From a virus, in the IMG/VR virus record IMGVR_UViG_3300003323_000115, positions 2,270 to 66,269 of that record: a stretch of 64,000 nt of DNA. One strand, written 5' to 3'. Below are positions 16,396 through 27,094 of the stretch, in pieces. The position numbers and the translations under genes were made by a program. The stretch's first letter is position 1. Each line of letters begins with the position of its first letter. Below the pieces are notes generated by a model. The model had not been told where the DNA came from. It was given only the letters and a program-made list of their open reading frames with translations, and made no database searches.

Positions 16396-18858
16396 ATGGA
16401 AGTCTCCCACGTCAACGACCACGTGACACACGCTGTCATCGGTGGTGGTGAAAACATCAGCTTCGGGATCTCCGACAGTGCTGAGTTTTTCAACATCCTG
16501 TCGAGCACGCTCTACAAGGATCAGTACCTTGCTGTGATTCGTGAAGTCCTGTGCAATGCATGGGACGCACACATTGCAGCAGGTAAGCAGGGCATCCCTG
16601 TCACCATCACCCTGACCAATGAAGAATTCGTGATCCGTGACTATGGTTCGGGCATCCCTCACGAACTCATTGGACCGATCTACACCGTCTATGGCAACTC
16701 CACCAAGAAGCACGACGGTAAGCAGACCGGTGGCTTCGGCCTGGGCTGCAAGGCACCCTTTGCTTACACGGACCACTTCGAGGTGATCTCGTGGAGCCAA
16801 GGACAGAAGTCTGTTTACAACGTCAGCAAGTCTGCTGCCGAGGTGATGGGCAAGCCGGGCATGAAGTTGATCCAGCAATTCCCTTGCGGCACGGAAACGG
16901 GCCTGCAAGTTCGCATCAAGCTCAAGACCAGCTACGACCGATCCAAGTTCTATGAACTGATCAAGATGATCACCCGCAACGGTGACATGAACATCGAGCT
17001 CAATAAGGAAGCGTTGCCACGCATCCCCTTCGGGAAGATGCAGCTGGACTTCCTCATCACCGGTCGGCCGCTCACTGGTGATGCAAATCAGCACATCTTG
17101 CTGCGATACGGCAACGTGATCTACCCGATCACGCAGCACGAGTCGTACTGCGAGGTGTACAAGCAGGCCAAGAAAATCATCGACACACTCGGTGGTGGTA
17201 TGTACAGCCAACGCAGCTACTACTTGGTGCTGCAAGCTCCGCCTCACTCCATCAGTGTGACTCCCAGCCGGGAGGAACTCTCGATGCAAGAGCACACCAT
17301 CAAGACGCTGGACAAGCTCCTGAACGTGTGGCTCGACCGCTTCCACAAGCACTACAGGGGCGAGGTGGAAAACCTGCTCGAAGAGTGCATCGACCGTGTG
17401 TGGAAGGAGAAGAAGTACAACGAGTTGTTGACCGAGGACAAGAGAATCCCCGGCAACGTGGTGGAGCACCTCACTAGCGACAACGTGATCACAACCATTC
17501 CCTCCTTGGTTCGTTATCACGCAGCCCGTGAGTATCCGAAGGGCTACCGCCAGACGGAAATCATCAAGCGTCTCAACGTGATGATCGAAGGCAAGTGGGG
17601 CAACCTTGGGCTGCTTCAGAGCTACCGTGCTCTGGTGCAACTGCACGGTACCGAGGCCTACCCACAGGACATGAAGTGGTTCCATGACCACATCGTGAGT
17701 CCTCTGACTCGTCGCATGGCCAACAACGACATGATGGATCCATCTCGTCTACTTGTGCTGGGCTGGAATGTGGCTGGTGGTGACTACCGTCTGACCAGTT
17801 CCAAGAGCAGCAAGGAGATGCTCCAGCCCGTGACGGCTCTGACAAGCATCGCCGTCGAACGCATGTGGCCGTTCATTCGCAACATCGTTGTCATCTCGTA
17901 CACACGAGGTGATGTGGCTGAGCGTCTGCGTAGCTTCCCTGAGATCAGAGATCAAGGTGGCGGCATGAACTACGGTCTGATGGTCTACATCGTGCCCCGA
18001 AACAGTGACAAAGCCAAAGCAGCAAAGGACTACTTCAACAGTCTGCATGGTGTGAAGGTGATCGATCTGACGGTGGCAGCAGCTTGGGAATCCAAGGAAA
18101 TTGCCGATCCGGCACCCCGCGTCTACACCAAACGCAAGAAGCAGGTGGGTTGGCCCTCGATCAAATCCATCATCAACAAATACGGCTCCATTTCCATGGA
18201 ACTTGGACGAAGCGAAGATGCGGCTCGTATCGAGAAGCCGGAGTGGTATACGTTCTTGACCACCAAGACGAAAAGCATACCGGAACCTCAATCCCTTGAT
18301 CGCTTTAACAAACTGGAGACCATGGCCATCCTTGAGCTCTTTGGTTCCACTGGAGCAATCTGCCTCAGCAAGATCCAAGAAGAAAAACTCAAGGAAGCGG
18401 GAGCGTTGCCTATCGCGGACTTTGTTCGTGACAAGGTGATTGAGTACGTGAGCGAAAGCGAACCGATCTGTGCCTACTTTCAAGAGCACAGTGAGTTCGT
18501 ACACATGCGTGATCGCGGCGAGATCCTGGAGATGGTCTGCCATGTGCAAGCATTGCGTGATCACTTCCAACTGGGTCAAGGCACGTCCATGGACGACAGG
18601 CGTTACTTGCGTCTGTGGGAAGACGTGAAGTCATACTGTCTCCATGGTTGGAGAAACCACAAGCCAGCTGAAGAGCTGAACAAAGCAATTGAGGAACATC
18701 CAACGAACCCTTTGTTGCTGAAAGCACGAGCCGTAATCGAAGAGAGCGACATGCTGCCCTTCATCGACACGAGCTACATGAAGTCCGCCTTGAATGGGCG
18801 TGATGCGAACCTTCGTAAGAAGGCCCTGGACCTTTTCATTACTGCTATCAACAGTTAG
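16396..18858 (+). CDS. rIIA: rIIA-like protein (N-terminal GHKL/HATPase domain)
   Basis: LSSTLYKD..LAVIREVLCNAWDAH, IRDYGSGI, GGFGLGCKAPFAYTD. Confidence 0.9.
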   Translation: MEVSHVNDHVTHAVIGGGENISFGISDSAEFFNILSSTLYKDQYLAVIREVLCNAWDAHIAAGKQGIPVTITLTNEEFVIRDYGSGIPHELIGPIYTVYGNSTKKHDGKQTGGFGLGCKAPFAYTDHFEVISWSQGQKSVYNVSKSAAEVMGKPGMKLIQQFPCGTETGLQVRIKLKTSYDRSKFYELIKMITRNGDMNIELNKEALPRIPFGKMQLDFLITGRPLTGDANQHILLRYGNVIYPITQHESYCEVYKQAKKIIDTLGGGMYSQRSYYLVLQAPPHSISVTPSREELSMQEHTIKTLDKLLNVWLDRFHKHYRGEVENLLEECIDRVWKEKKYNELLTEDKRIPGNVVEHLTSDNVITTIPSLVRYHAAREYPKGYRQTEIIKRLNVMIEGKWGNLGLLQSYRALVQLHGTEAYPQDMKWFHDHIVSPLTRRMANNDMMDPSRLLVLGWNVAGGDYRLTSSKSSKEMLQPVTALTSIAVERMWPFIRNIVVISYTRGDVAERLRSFPEIRDQGGGMNYGLMVYIVPRNSDKAKAAKDYFNSLHGVKVIDLTVAAAWESKEIADPAPRVYTKRKKQVGWPSIKSIINKYGSISMELGRSEDAARIEKPEWYTFLTTKTKSIPEPQSLDRFNKLETMAILELFGSTGAICLSKIQEEKLKEAGALPIADFVRDKVIEYVSESEPICAYFQEHSEFVHMRDRGEILEMVCHVQALRDHFQLGQGTSMDDRRYLRLWEDVKSYCLHGWRNHKPAEELNKAIEEHPTNPLLLKARAVIEESDMLPFIDTSYMKSALNGRDANLRKKALDLFITAINS

Positions 18859-18865
18859 GAAACAC

Positions 18866-20713
18866 ATGAACCAAGCAGAAAACAAGATCGTCCGCGTCGT
18901 CTCGGCGATCCTCGATACCAAAGAACTCACGCTCTATCTGGTCGATGGATCAACGGTCACGATTCAACAAGGCGATCCCCGCGTCAAGCGCATCGTGGAC
19001 GAGATCACGCCGAAGCTGGCAGGCAAGCAAGGTGCCGTAGCTGAAGTCAATCTCGACTACGACAAGACCACCACGTTTGCCGACTTCGAGAAGAAGACCA
19101 ACGGCGTGGTGAAGTTCTTCCGTGTGGCGAAAGCCAAGCTCAAGAATTTCCTTCAGACCACCGAAGAACTGGTAGTCGAGTCACTGACTCCCCGTGTCAT
19201 CGGCCTGCCCGCTGCCGGTGTGATGGTCGAGCCGGAAGACGAGTCCGAAGAAGACGACGGCATCAAACAGGACGAAGACCTGAACGAAGTCGAAGAAGCC
19301 AAGCCCGAACCGAAGACCGAACTGACGCCGGTGGAGAAGCTGCAAGCTGCAACCGCTGACATCCTGAAGCATGCAGTACCGGTGACCTCGCACCACTTCG
19401 CTGACCACCATGTCAGCGACACCCAGGACAAGCACGCCCTGGTTGCTGTGGTGGACGACAAGGTGATCCCGAACGCGCAGAACCTGCACACGCAGATCAA
19501 GCACGTCGTGGACGGTGCTGAAAGCACCGGCCTGGTGAACCTGATGAAGCGCCTGGCCACCGTCAAACGTGGCCACAGCGTGGATGATCTGATGAAGTTC
19601 CTGAAGCACGGCGATCTTCCGATTGCCGACGACGGCTCCATCATCATCTACAAGCGCCTCAACACGTCAGAGAGCAGCCTCGGTGACTTCGTGGATGTGC
19701 ACAGCGGCAAGGTGAACCAGAGCGTCGGCGATATCGTGTGCATGGCTGAAGAGCTTGTGGACCACAACCGCCGAATCGAGTGCTCGAATGGTCTCCACGT
19801 TGCACGACGCCAGTACCTCCATAGCTTCAGCGGGAACCGCATGGTTCTCGCTAAGGTCAACCCCGAGGACGTGATCGCCGTGCCGGAGTACGACGCCAAC
19901 AAGATGCGTGTGTGCGGCTACCACATCCTCTTCGAGATCCCTCGAAATGATGCGGCCAAGCTCAGCGCAAACCGTCCCATTGTGGCTACGGACGAAACGG
20001 CAGTCCTGCTGGCCCGTGCCCTGGCTGGTGACTATCCCCCTGCGAAACGCAAGGTGGAGATCACTGGTCACAAGGGCGAGGGGATGGTCTACACTTCCTT
20101 GGCTCAACCGGGGGAAAAGAAGCCTCGCTTCGAGCCGAAGGAAGATCTGGTACCGGTGGCAGCACTCGAAGATCAGCAAGTTGCAGATCCTTCGCAGGCC
20201 ACCGGCCCGAAGATCGATCCCAGCAAGGTCGTGGAGAAGGTCGCACCCGTGGAACCGGTCAAGCTGACCCGGCAGGAAGAGACAAGTCAACTGGTGGACA
20301 CCATCATGTTCGGCACGACGAACCTGGAAAAGACCGAGGCAGCAACCAAGCTCGACAAGCTCCGCAAGGAGTGGAAGAAAAGCTGGTCGGCCCTCGGTCT
20401 GAACGAGAAGCAGACCAACACGATCCTGAAGCTCCTGGGCACGCCCGCCAAGGCACCGCAGAAGCCCGCCAAGAAGGCGAAGCCGAAAGCTGAGCCCAAG
20501 GTAGCACCGACGCCTGTGAAGGCCTCTGTGACGCCTGTGGCTCCCGTTGGACCCAAGGCCAACATCGCAGCCAAGCTGGAAGCAGCACTGGCAGGCGACA
20601 AGGCCCTGGCAGCTGAGATCCTCCAGATCAAGAAAGCAGCCAAGAAGTCTTGGGACATCCTCGGCGTGACGGCGGTCCAGGTCCAGAAGCTGGATCAAAT
20701 CGCCAAGAAGTAA
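18866..20713 (+). CDS. rIIB: rIIB-like protein
   Basis: DLPIADDGSIIIYK, CSNGLHVA, KVNPEDVIAVPEYDANKMRVCGY; follows rIIA. Confidence 0.9.
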   Translation: MNQAENKIVRVVSAILDTKELTLYLVDGSTVTIQQGDPRVKRIVDEITPKLAGKQGAVAEVNLDYDKTTTFADFEKKTNGVVKFFRVAKAKLKNFLQTTEELVVESLTPRVIGLPAAGVMVEPEDESEEDDGIKQDEDLNEVEEAKPEPKTELTPVEKLQAATADILKHAVPVTSHHFADHHVSDTQDKHALVAVVDDKVIPNAQNLHTQIKHVVDGAESTGLVNLMKRLATVKRGHSVDDLMKFLKHGDLPIADDGSIIIYKRLNTSESSLGDFVDVHSGKVNQSVGDIVCMAEELVDHNRRIECSNGLHVARRQYLHSFSGNRMVLAKVNPEDVIAVPEYDANKMRVCGYHILFEIPRNDAAKLSANRPIVATDETAVLLARALAGDYPPAKRKVEITGHKGEGMVYTSLAQPGEKKPRFEPKEDLVPVAALEDQQVADPSQATGPKIDPSKVVEKVAPVEPVKLTRQEETSQLVDTIMFGTTNLEKTEAATKLDKLRKEWKKSWSALGLNEKQTNTILKLLGTPAKAPQKPAKKAKPKAEPKVAPTPVKASVTPVAPVGPKANIAAKLEAALAGDKALAAEILQIKKAAKKSWDILGVTAVQVQKLDQIAKK

Positions 20714-20730
20714 GCAACCGCTAACTTCAT

Positions 20731-20768
20731 AAGTACCTCCTAGTCAAGTAGACTAGGAGGTATTTTTT
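20731..20768 (+). terminator. Rho-independent terminator
   Basis: TACCTCCTAGTC-AAGTA-GACTAGGAGGTA followed by TTTTTT. Confidence 0.9.
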
Positions 20769-20782
20769 ATGGAGTCTTGATC

Positions 20783-21106
20783 ATGTCGAATGTCCACCGT
20801 GTCAATCGAAAAGCAACCGATGCTGACATCCTGCGCCTGAACAGCGTTGGACTCTCCCTCGGGACCATTGCTGCTCAGCTAGGTACCCACCCCACGACCA
20901 TCACCATCCGGTTGCGGTCGTTGGGGGTACCTCCGGCAGATACCCGGCGAACCTTCATGGAAGATGTGTTCAAGACTCTATCCCCGGCAGAGCAAGAGTG
21001 GCTTGCAGATCAGCTGGGTCCATCAATTCCGATCAAGACCTTCGTGAGCAACATGCTCAAGAACGAGTACTACCGGAACCAACAGAACCAAGGAAACACA
21101 CCGTGA
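20783..21106 (+). CDS. Helix-turn-helix DNA-binding protein (N4-conserved)
   Basis: GLSLGTIAAQLGTHPTTITIRL; GGAG SD. Confidence 0.8.
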   Translation: MSNVHRVNRKATDADILRLNSVGLSLGTIAAQLGTHPTTITIRLRSLGVPPADTRRTFMEDVFKTLSPAEQEWLADQLGPSIPIKTFVSNMLKNEYYRNQQNQGNTP

Positions 21107-21660
21107 GCCAATCCAACACCAACTTCGCCCTCGTCTCCAACATGAACGTCGCCTTCGGCAATCCGCAAGGTGACCCGAAGCAACTGAGCATCAAGAAGAT
21201 CCGCAAGCAGTGCCTCAACATCGTCGATGAACTCGGTGAACTGTTCGTGGCCCTGGGCGGTGACAAAGAGCTCATGAAGCACGCTGTGGCCCATTTTAAG
21301 TGGATCGCCAACAAGACGGGCAACCCCGTCGATACGGACAAGATCCGTGACAGCCTCACCGACATCCATGTGTTCGCCTATGGCGCTCATCACCTCATGG
21401 GTGTGGACGCCAACGAAGACATGCGCTCGGTCATCAACGGTGTCATGACCCGCTTCATCAAGAACGAGCAAGACAAGATCGATACCATCGCCAAGCACGC
21501 TGCCCTGGGCGTGACCGATGTACGATTCGAAGGCGTCTTCCCCTTCGGCATCATGAAGTCCAATTCGGACCAACCCGATGCACCGGAAGGCAAGTTCCTG
21601 AAGTCCGCAAGTTACCAGGAAGAGAGGCTGTACCCCGTGGAATTCGTTTTCGTGGATTGA
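21103..21660 (+). CDS. MazG/PRA-PH-like nucleoside triphosphate pyrophosphohydrolase
   Basis: IVDELGEL...DSLTDIHVFAYG acidic metal-binding pattern; GTG start with AAGGA SD. Confidence 0.75.
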   Translation: MSQSNTNFALVSNMNVAFGNPQGDPKQLSIKKIRKQCLNIVDELGELFVALGGDKELMKHAVAHFKWIANKTGNPVDTDKIRDSLTDIHVFAYGAHHLMGVDANEDMRSVINGVMTRFIKNEQDKIDTIAKHAALGVTDVRFEGVFPFGIMKSNSDQPDAPEGKFLKSASYQEERLYPVEFVFVD

Positions 21661-21678
21661 CCCACAACGAACATAGTT

Positions 21679-21705
21679 GAAGGCCCTTCGGGGCCTTCTT
21701 CATTT
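21679..21705 (+). terminator. Rho-independent terminator with UUCG loop
   Basis: GAAGGCCC-TTCG-GGGCCTTC followed by TTCATTT. Confidence 0.8.
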
Positions 21706-21719
21706 CTGAAAGACTTTCA

Positions 21720-23009
21720 ATGGCAAACAAACTGAACCAAGGACAACAAGAAGCCGCCGATGGTGTCTTCCAGTTCCTTCTGAGTGACGAAAAGGAGATG
21801 ATCATCTCCGGTCCTGGTGGCGTTGGTAAGACCTTCTTGATGGGAGAGATCATCGATGACGTGATCCCCCGCTACCAGAGCACATGCAAAGCAATTGGTG
21901 TCAAGGCAGACTATGTGGATGTCTACATGACTGCCACCACCAACAAGGCAGCTGACGTTCTGAGTAACGCAACCAATCGCCCCACCGGTACCATCCACAA
22001 CCACTTGAGCCTCAAGGTTCAAGAGGATTACAGCACCGGTCGCAGCACCCTTTCGAAGACCCGTGAGTGGAAAGTCCATCAGAACCAGGTTCTGTTTGTG
22101 GACGAGTGCTCAATGATCGATACGCCTCTGCGCAAATTGATCCGTGAAGGCACCTTCCAGTCTAAGATCATCTACGTGGGTGACCATTGTCAGTTGGCCC
22201 CTGTCATGGAGAAGCTGTCACCCATCTATCGTGACGGTCTTCGTACCTACGAACTGACCCAACCGATGCGTACCGATAATCCGGAGCTTCAGGCACTGAA
22301 CCAGCAGCTTCGGACAACGGTAGAAACTGGTGTCTTCAAGCCGATCCAGATCGTGCCCGGCATCATCGACTGGTTGAACCAAGACCAGATGGTCGATGAG
22401 ATTCAACAGCACTTCGTGGACAAACAGACCACGGATCGCATCCTGGCCTACACGAACAAGCAAGTCATGGCGCTCAACCGCTATGTGCGTGATCTTCGTG
22501 GCCTGCCCATGGAGCTTGGTGTGGGGGAAAACCTCATCAACAACTCGATGGTCAAGGTCAAGAATGGCACTCTGTCCGTGGAAGAAGAAGTGCAGATCAT
22601 CGAGATGGACGAGGACATCGAGGACTACTACCCGCATCCTGAAGCCAAGGTGCAGATCCGTCGAGCCACGATTCGCACACCAGTGAAGGGCACCTTCACG
22701 AACGTGCCGATCCCCGTGGATCGTGTGCATGCACAGAACGTGGTGAAGTGGCTGGCCCAACGCAAGTACTGGTCGGACTACTTCAACATGAAGCAGATGA
22801 TCCCCGACCTTCGTGAACGGGATGCTGCAACAACCCACAAGGCACAAGGAAGCACCTATGGCACGGTCTATATCGATGCGGCGGATATCTCGACATGCAG
22901 AGACCCTGATCAAGCTGCACGCCTACTCTATGTCGCTGCAAGTCGAGCCAGATCCCGAGTTGTTTTCTACGGGGATCTGGTCGAAAAGTTCGGCGGATTC
23001 ATTCGTTAG
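21720..23009 (+). CDS. Dda/RecD-like SF1 DNA helicase
   Basis: GPGGVGKT, VDECSM, GDHCQLAPV, TTHKAQGSTY, LLYVAASRA. Confidence 0.92.
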   Translation: MANKLNQGQQEAADGVFQFLLSDEKEMIISGPGGVGKTFLMGEIIDDVIPRYQSTCKAIGVKADYVDVYMTATTNKAADVLSNATNRPTGTIHNHLSLKVQEDYSTGRSTLSKTREWKVHQNQVLFVDECSMIDTPLRKLIREGTFQSKIIYVGDHCQLAPVMEKLSPIYRDGLRTYELTQPMRTDNPELQALNQQLRTTVETGVFKPIQIVPGIIDWLNQDQMVDEIQQHFVDKQTTDRILAYTNKQVMALNRYVRDLRGLPMELGVGENLINNSMVKVKNGTLSVEEEVQIIEMDEDIEDYYPHPEAKVQIRRATIRTPVKGTFTNVPIPVDRVHAQNVVKWLAQRKYWSDYFNMKQMIPDLRERDAATTHKAQGSTYGTVYIDAADISTCRDPDQAARLLYVAASRARSRVVFYGDLVEKFGGFIR

Positions 23010-23019
23010 GAGGGCCAAG

Positions 23020-23526
23020 ATGCTTGACCAAGGCGTGACGATCATCGATCAGATCATCGACAGGCTATTCGGTAAATACGACACTGAGTTCCAAAAGAAC
23101 ATCACATCGTTGTGTGATCGAATGGGCAGAGATGAGCATGGAACAGAGTCGCTCGGTTTCATCTACAACGGCAAGTGGTACGTGAGGCGTAACAGCCCCA
23201 ACGCTCATCGCAGGCACTCCCAGCGAAAGGCTCTGCCACTTCATCTGGTACCCGAGATGGACAAGATCCATCGAGAGTACGAGATCGTCCAGACCGACAG
23301 AAGGCAGATCAACCAATTGCTGGTGAAGCTGCTGTACCAGTGCAACGATCTCGAAGAGATCAGGGATGCACTGCCCAATTCACTTTGGGTGTACGCCGGT
23401 TTCTCTGGTCATCAGCGACAGTTCAACCAAGAGGTTTACTTCTTCAAGGACGAACGCCTGCAACGTGACTACGAGAGACTTCTCCCGAAAATCGAGCTCT
23501 ACCTCGGTATGTCTCTGATCCTGTGA
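23020..23526 (+). CDS. Conserved N4-like hypothetical protein between helicase and polymerase
   Basis: AGGAGG SD; synteny. Confidence 0.75.
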   Translation: MLDQGVTIIDQIIDRLFGKYDTEFQKNITSLCDRMGRDEHGTESLGFIYNGKWYVRRNSPNAHRRHSQRKALPLHLVPEMDKIHREYEIVQTDRRQINQLLVKLLYQCNDLEEIRDALPNSLWVYAGFSGHQRQFNQEVYFFKDERLQRDYERLLPKIELYLGMSLIL

Positions 23527-23533
23527 GGAATGC

Positions 23534-26152
23534 ATGAACCATCTCACCTTGGGTGAGAGCCAAGAAAGCTACCCAGTGGCTTTCTTGGTTCCTACCATTC
23601 AAAGTGCCCCCATTCTCGATGCGTATGTCAAACCATTTGCATTGGATCAAGATTCGGTGTTGATCCTCGACCTGCACTACAGCAGGGAGAAGAAGAAGAC
23701 ACCGGTAGCAGAGTTGAAGCAATACATCGAAACGATGGTTGCTCCTGTGCTGCAAGACTTCAAAACACAATACGTCCTGGTGGCTGACGTGGAGTACTTC
23801 AAGGTGCTCACGAAACAAGCAAAGGGCGAAGCCATGCTGGGCTATCTTCTTGATAGCCCCTATGGCGATTTCAAGGTTGGGTACGTGCCCAACTACCGGT
23901 CTATCTTTTATGACCCGGTGAAGATCAAAGCGAAGATCGCTCAGACCATGGAGGCTGTGAAAGCCCATGCAAATGGGAACTACCAAGACCCTGGTGCAAG
24001 CATCATTCACTTCGCTGAGTACCCAACCACCGATGAAGAGATCGAACAGTGGCTTGAAAAGCTGCTGGAGATGGACAAGCCGCTTGCCATCGACATCGAA
24101 GCATTCGATCTGAAGCACTACAAAGCAGGCATTGGCACGATCACTTTCTGCTGGTCACAGCACGAAGGGATTGCATTCGCTGTGGATTATGTGCCCATAG
24201 AAGGAGCAACCGAAGCTCCTTATGGGATGAACGTTCGCAATGAACCAAGAAGAAAATTGCTGCGGCGATTCTTCGAACGACTGTCGCAGCGAGCGATGTA
24301 TCACCACATCAGCTTCGACGTTTACGTTCTGATTTATCAGCTCTTCATGAAAGACTTGCTCGATCAAGAAGGACTGCTGTATGGCCTATCGGTCATGCTG
24401 AAGAATTGGGATGACACAAAGCTCGTCACTTACCTAGCCACCAACTCGTGTGCTGGAAACAAACTGGGCTTGAAGGAACAAGCCCAAGAGTTTGCTGGTA
24501 ACTATGCCGTGGAAGAGATCCACGACATCACCAAGATCCCACTGGACAGCCTGTTGCAATACAACCTTGTTGACGGGCTGAGCACACACTACACCTACAA
24601 CAAGTGGTGGGACAAGATGGTCAACGACCAGCAACTGGAGATCTACAAGACCCTGTTCCAACCCGCCATCGTTGACATCATCCAGATGCAATTGACTGGA
24701 ATGCCCTTGAGCATGCCCAAGGTGTTGGAAACAGAAGCTGAGCTTCAGATCGACTACGACAATGCCTTACAAGGCATGAATGCAACCAACGTAGTGCAGC
24801 GGTTCAACTATCTGAGAGTTGAGCAGTACGTCGAAGAAAAGAATGCAGAGTGGAAGAAGAAGCGGACCACTGTCAGTGAAGTGTTGGCAGAGCTGCCGAA
24901 CAATCCGAAGCTACGTGAAGCGATTGAGTTCAATCCCAACTCGGGACCCCAGTTGCAGCAACTGCTATTCAAGATGCTTGGACTGCCCGTGTTGGGCCTC
25001 ACAGCAAGCAAGCAGCCAGAGACAGGTGGCGATGTCATCAAAGACTTGAGGAACCACACCTCGAATCAAGATGAGCTAGCTTTCCTGAATCACCTGATGG
25101 ACTACAAGGCGGTGGACAAGATCCTCACCTCGTTCATCCCAGCCATGAAGGCAGCGCCCATGGGGCCTGACGGATGGCACTACCTCTTCGGGAACTTCAA
25201 TCTCGGTGGCACCGTCTCCGGACGACTATCGAGTTCAGACCCGAATCTGCAGAACCTGCCAGCAAACAGCAAGTACGCGAAGAAGATCAAGGCCTGCTTC
25301 CAGGCACCTCCTGGTTGGCTCCTGTGCGGGTTGGATTTCGCCTCCTTGGAGGATCGGATCTCAGCCCTCACTACCAAGGATCCAAACAAGCTGAAGGTCT
25401 ATACCGATGGCTACGATGGGCACTGCCTACGCACCTTTGCGTACTTCCCCGAGAAGATGATCGGCATCGTCAACACTGTCGAGTCGATCAACACAATCGC
25501 AGCGAAGTACCCACATGAGCGTTTCCTGTCAAAGGCACCGACCTTCGCACTGACGTACCAGGGTACTTACATCACCCTGATGAGGAACTGCGGTTTCTCG
25601 AAGGAAGTGGCTCAGCAGATCGAAGGGCGCTACAAAGAGCTCTACAAGGTCAGCATCGACTGGGTGCAGGACAAGCTCACACAGGCCAGCAAGGACGGCT
25701 ACGTCATTGCTGCTTTCGGTCTTCGAGTCCGTACCCCACTGCTGCATCAGGTCATTCGTGGAACACGAAGCACACCACATGAGGCAGAAGCTGAAGGACG
25801 CACAGCCGGTAATGCTCTTGGGCAAAGCTGGTGCCTACTGAACAGCCGAGCTTGGTCGGAGTTCATGCAGAAAGTGAGGGCATCCTCACATCGTCTGGAT
25901 ATCAGGCCATGTGCCCAGATCCATGACGCCGGATACGCAATGATCCGGGACAGCATCGAGCCTATCCTTTACACCAACAAACATCTAGTTGAAGCCGTAG
26001 AATGGCAGGCTCACCCCGAGATTGCTCACCCTGACGTGAAGCTCGGCGGGGAGCTTTCCATCTTCTGGCCGAGTTGGAAAGAGGAAATCGGCATCCCGAA
26101 TGGAGCGACCAGAGAAGAGGTCTTCCAGATCATCGACAAGGCCATGGCGTGA
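23534..26152 (+). CDS. Family A DNA polymerase with 3'-5' exonuclease
   Basis: Exo DIEAF; TVSGRLSSSDPNLQN, DFASLEDR, SKAPTFALTYQG, QIHDA. Confidence 0.95.
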   Translation: MNHLTLGESQESYPVAFLVPTIQSAPILDAYVKPFALDQDSVLILDLHYSREKKKTPVAELKQYIETMVAPVLQDFKTQYVLVADVEYFKVLTKQAKGEAMLGYLLDSPYGDFKVGYVPNYRSIFYDPVKIKAKIAQTMEAVKAHANGNYQDPGASIIHFAEYPTTDEEIEQWLEKLLEMDKPLAIDIEAFDLKHYKAGIGTITFCWSQHEGIAFAVDYVPIEGATEAPYGMNVRNEPRRKLLRRFFERLSQRAMYHHISFDVYVLIYQLFMKDLLDQEGLLYGLSVMLKNWDDTKLVTYLATNSCAGNKLGLKEQAQEFAGNYAVEEIHDITKIPLDSLLQYNLVDGLSTHYTYNKWWDKMVNDQQLEIYKTLFQPAIVDIIQMQLTGMPLSMPKVLETEAELQIDYDNALQGMNATNVVQRFNYLRVEQYVEEKNAEWKKKRTTVSEVLAELPNNPKLREAIEFNPNSGPQLQQLLFKMLGLPVLGLTASKQPETGGDVIKDLRNHTSNQDELAFLNHLMDYKAVDKILTSFIPAMKAAPMGPDGWHYLFGNFNLGGTVSGRLSSSDPNLQNLPANSKYAKKIKACFQAPPGWLLCGLDFASLEDRISALTTKDPNKLKVYTDGYDGHCLRTFAYFPEKMIGIVNTVESINTIAAKYPHERFLSKAPTFALTYQGTYITLMRNCGFSKEVAQQIEGRYKELYKVSIDWVQDKLTQASKDGYVIAAFGLRVRTPLLHQVIRGTRSTPHEAEAEGRTAGNALGQSWCLLNSRAWSEFMQKVRASSHRLDIRPCAQIHDAGYAMIRDSIEPILYTNKHLVEAVEWQAHPEIAHPDVKLGGELSIFWPSWKEEIGIPNGATREEVFQIIDKAMA

Positions 26153-26198
26153 GCCACGCCGAACACAACAGGCAACAGCCTATTCCAGAAAGATTTAA

Positions 26199-26630
26199 AT
26201 GAGCAGCAAATCCCCAATCAAGCAGCATTACTTCCTGCTGGCAGCAACCTGCATCACCATCGATGCAGCAGACCGTGAAGCAGCCAAGAGCCCTGACAAC
26301 GTGGTTGGCGTGAGCCGAATCCCGGTCCAGGTTCTCTTGGTTCAACCGAACCGTGAGTTCACGGCCAACAGCATCGCCAAGGGCCAGATGGGCGCACAGC
26401 AATCGCTGTACCGTGTGGTCCACAAGGACAAGGTGGATGTGGTCGATGTGATTATCGACAGCATCATGCATCTGGGCTTCATGACCCCGGAACAGTTCAA
26501 TGGTCCCAAGAGCCCCGAACAACTCGTCCAGGAGGCCATTGCAGTGGCCAAGGCAGCAGGCGTGGAGGTGAGCAATGCCAAGGCCCCCATCGCTGGCGAG
26601 AGCGCCCCTGGATGCGACTCCCTGGAGTGA
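26199..26630 (+). CDS. Conserved N4-like hypothetical protein
   Basis: Native codon usage; position after DNA polymerase. Confidence 0.75.
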   Translation: MSSKSPIKQHYFLLAATCITIDAADREAAKSPDNVVGVSRIPVQVLLVQPNREFTANSIAKGQMGAQQSLYRVVHKDKVDVVDVIIDSIMHLGFMTPEQFNGPKSPEQLVQEAIAVAKAAGVEVSNAKAPIAGESAPGCDSLE

Positions 26631-26632
26631 TC

Positions 26633-27055
26633 ATGGCAGAAGGACTTGATCTAGCCTCGGCTGTCAAGATGTGCAACAAGATCGTGCCCAATTACGGACC
26701 GTGCAAACGATCCGCTGGACATCTCGGACCTTGCGCCCACAGCATTCAGCCTGATCTTCTTGGACCTGCAATCGAGCCGCGAAACAAGCTGACAGGGGGC
26801 CTCACGAACTATTACCTGGTTCGTGTGACACACCCCCAACGCTCGGATCAGGCCCCATACACGGCAGAGTGCGAGGACATCATCGATGCCCTTGGACTCG
26901 ACCCGAACGAGGCCAACATCTTCAAGGAGATCTGGCGCTCAGCCAATGCCCGTCAAGGCAATGGCAAGCCTGATCACAAGGCACTGTACGGTGCCGAAAA
27001 GATCGTTCATTACGCTGGACGCATCCTGAAGAAGCTGCAACGCCAAGCAAGCTGA
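26633..27055 (+). CDS. Conserved hypothetical protein (DUF3310-like C-terminal domain)
   Basis: YYLVRV...AECEDIIDALGL...ANIFKEIWR...AEKIVHYA; variable Cys/His N-terminus. Confidence 0.7.
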   Translation: MAEGLDLASAVKMCNKIVPNYGPCKRSAGHLGPCAHSIQPDLLGPAIEPRNKLTGGLTNYYLVRVTHPQRSDQAPYTAECEDIIDALGLDPNEANIFKEIWRSANARQGNGKPDHKALYGAEKIVHYAGRILKKLQRQAS

Positions 27056-27061
27056 ACCAAG

Positions 27062-27094
27062 GAAACAGGGGCCGGTTTTTCTGGTCCCTGTTTC
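27062..27094 (+). terminator. Long hairpin, probable terminator or processing stem
   Basis: GAAACAGGGGCCGG-TTTTT-CTGGTCCCTGTTTC followed by T-rich GTTTCATTT. Confidence 0.6.
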
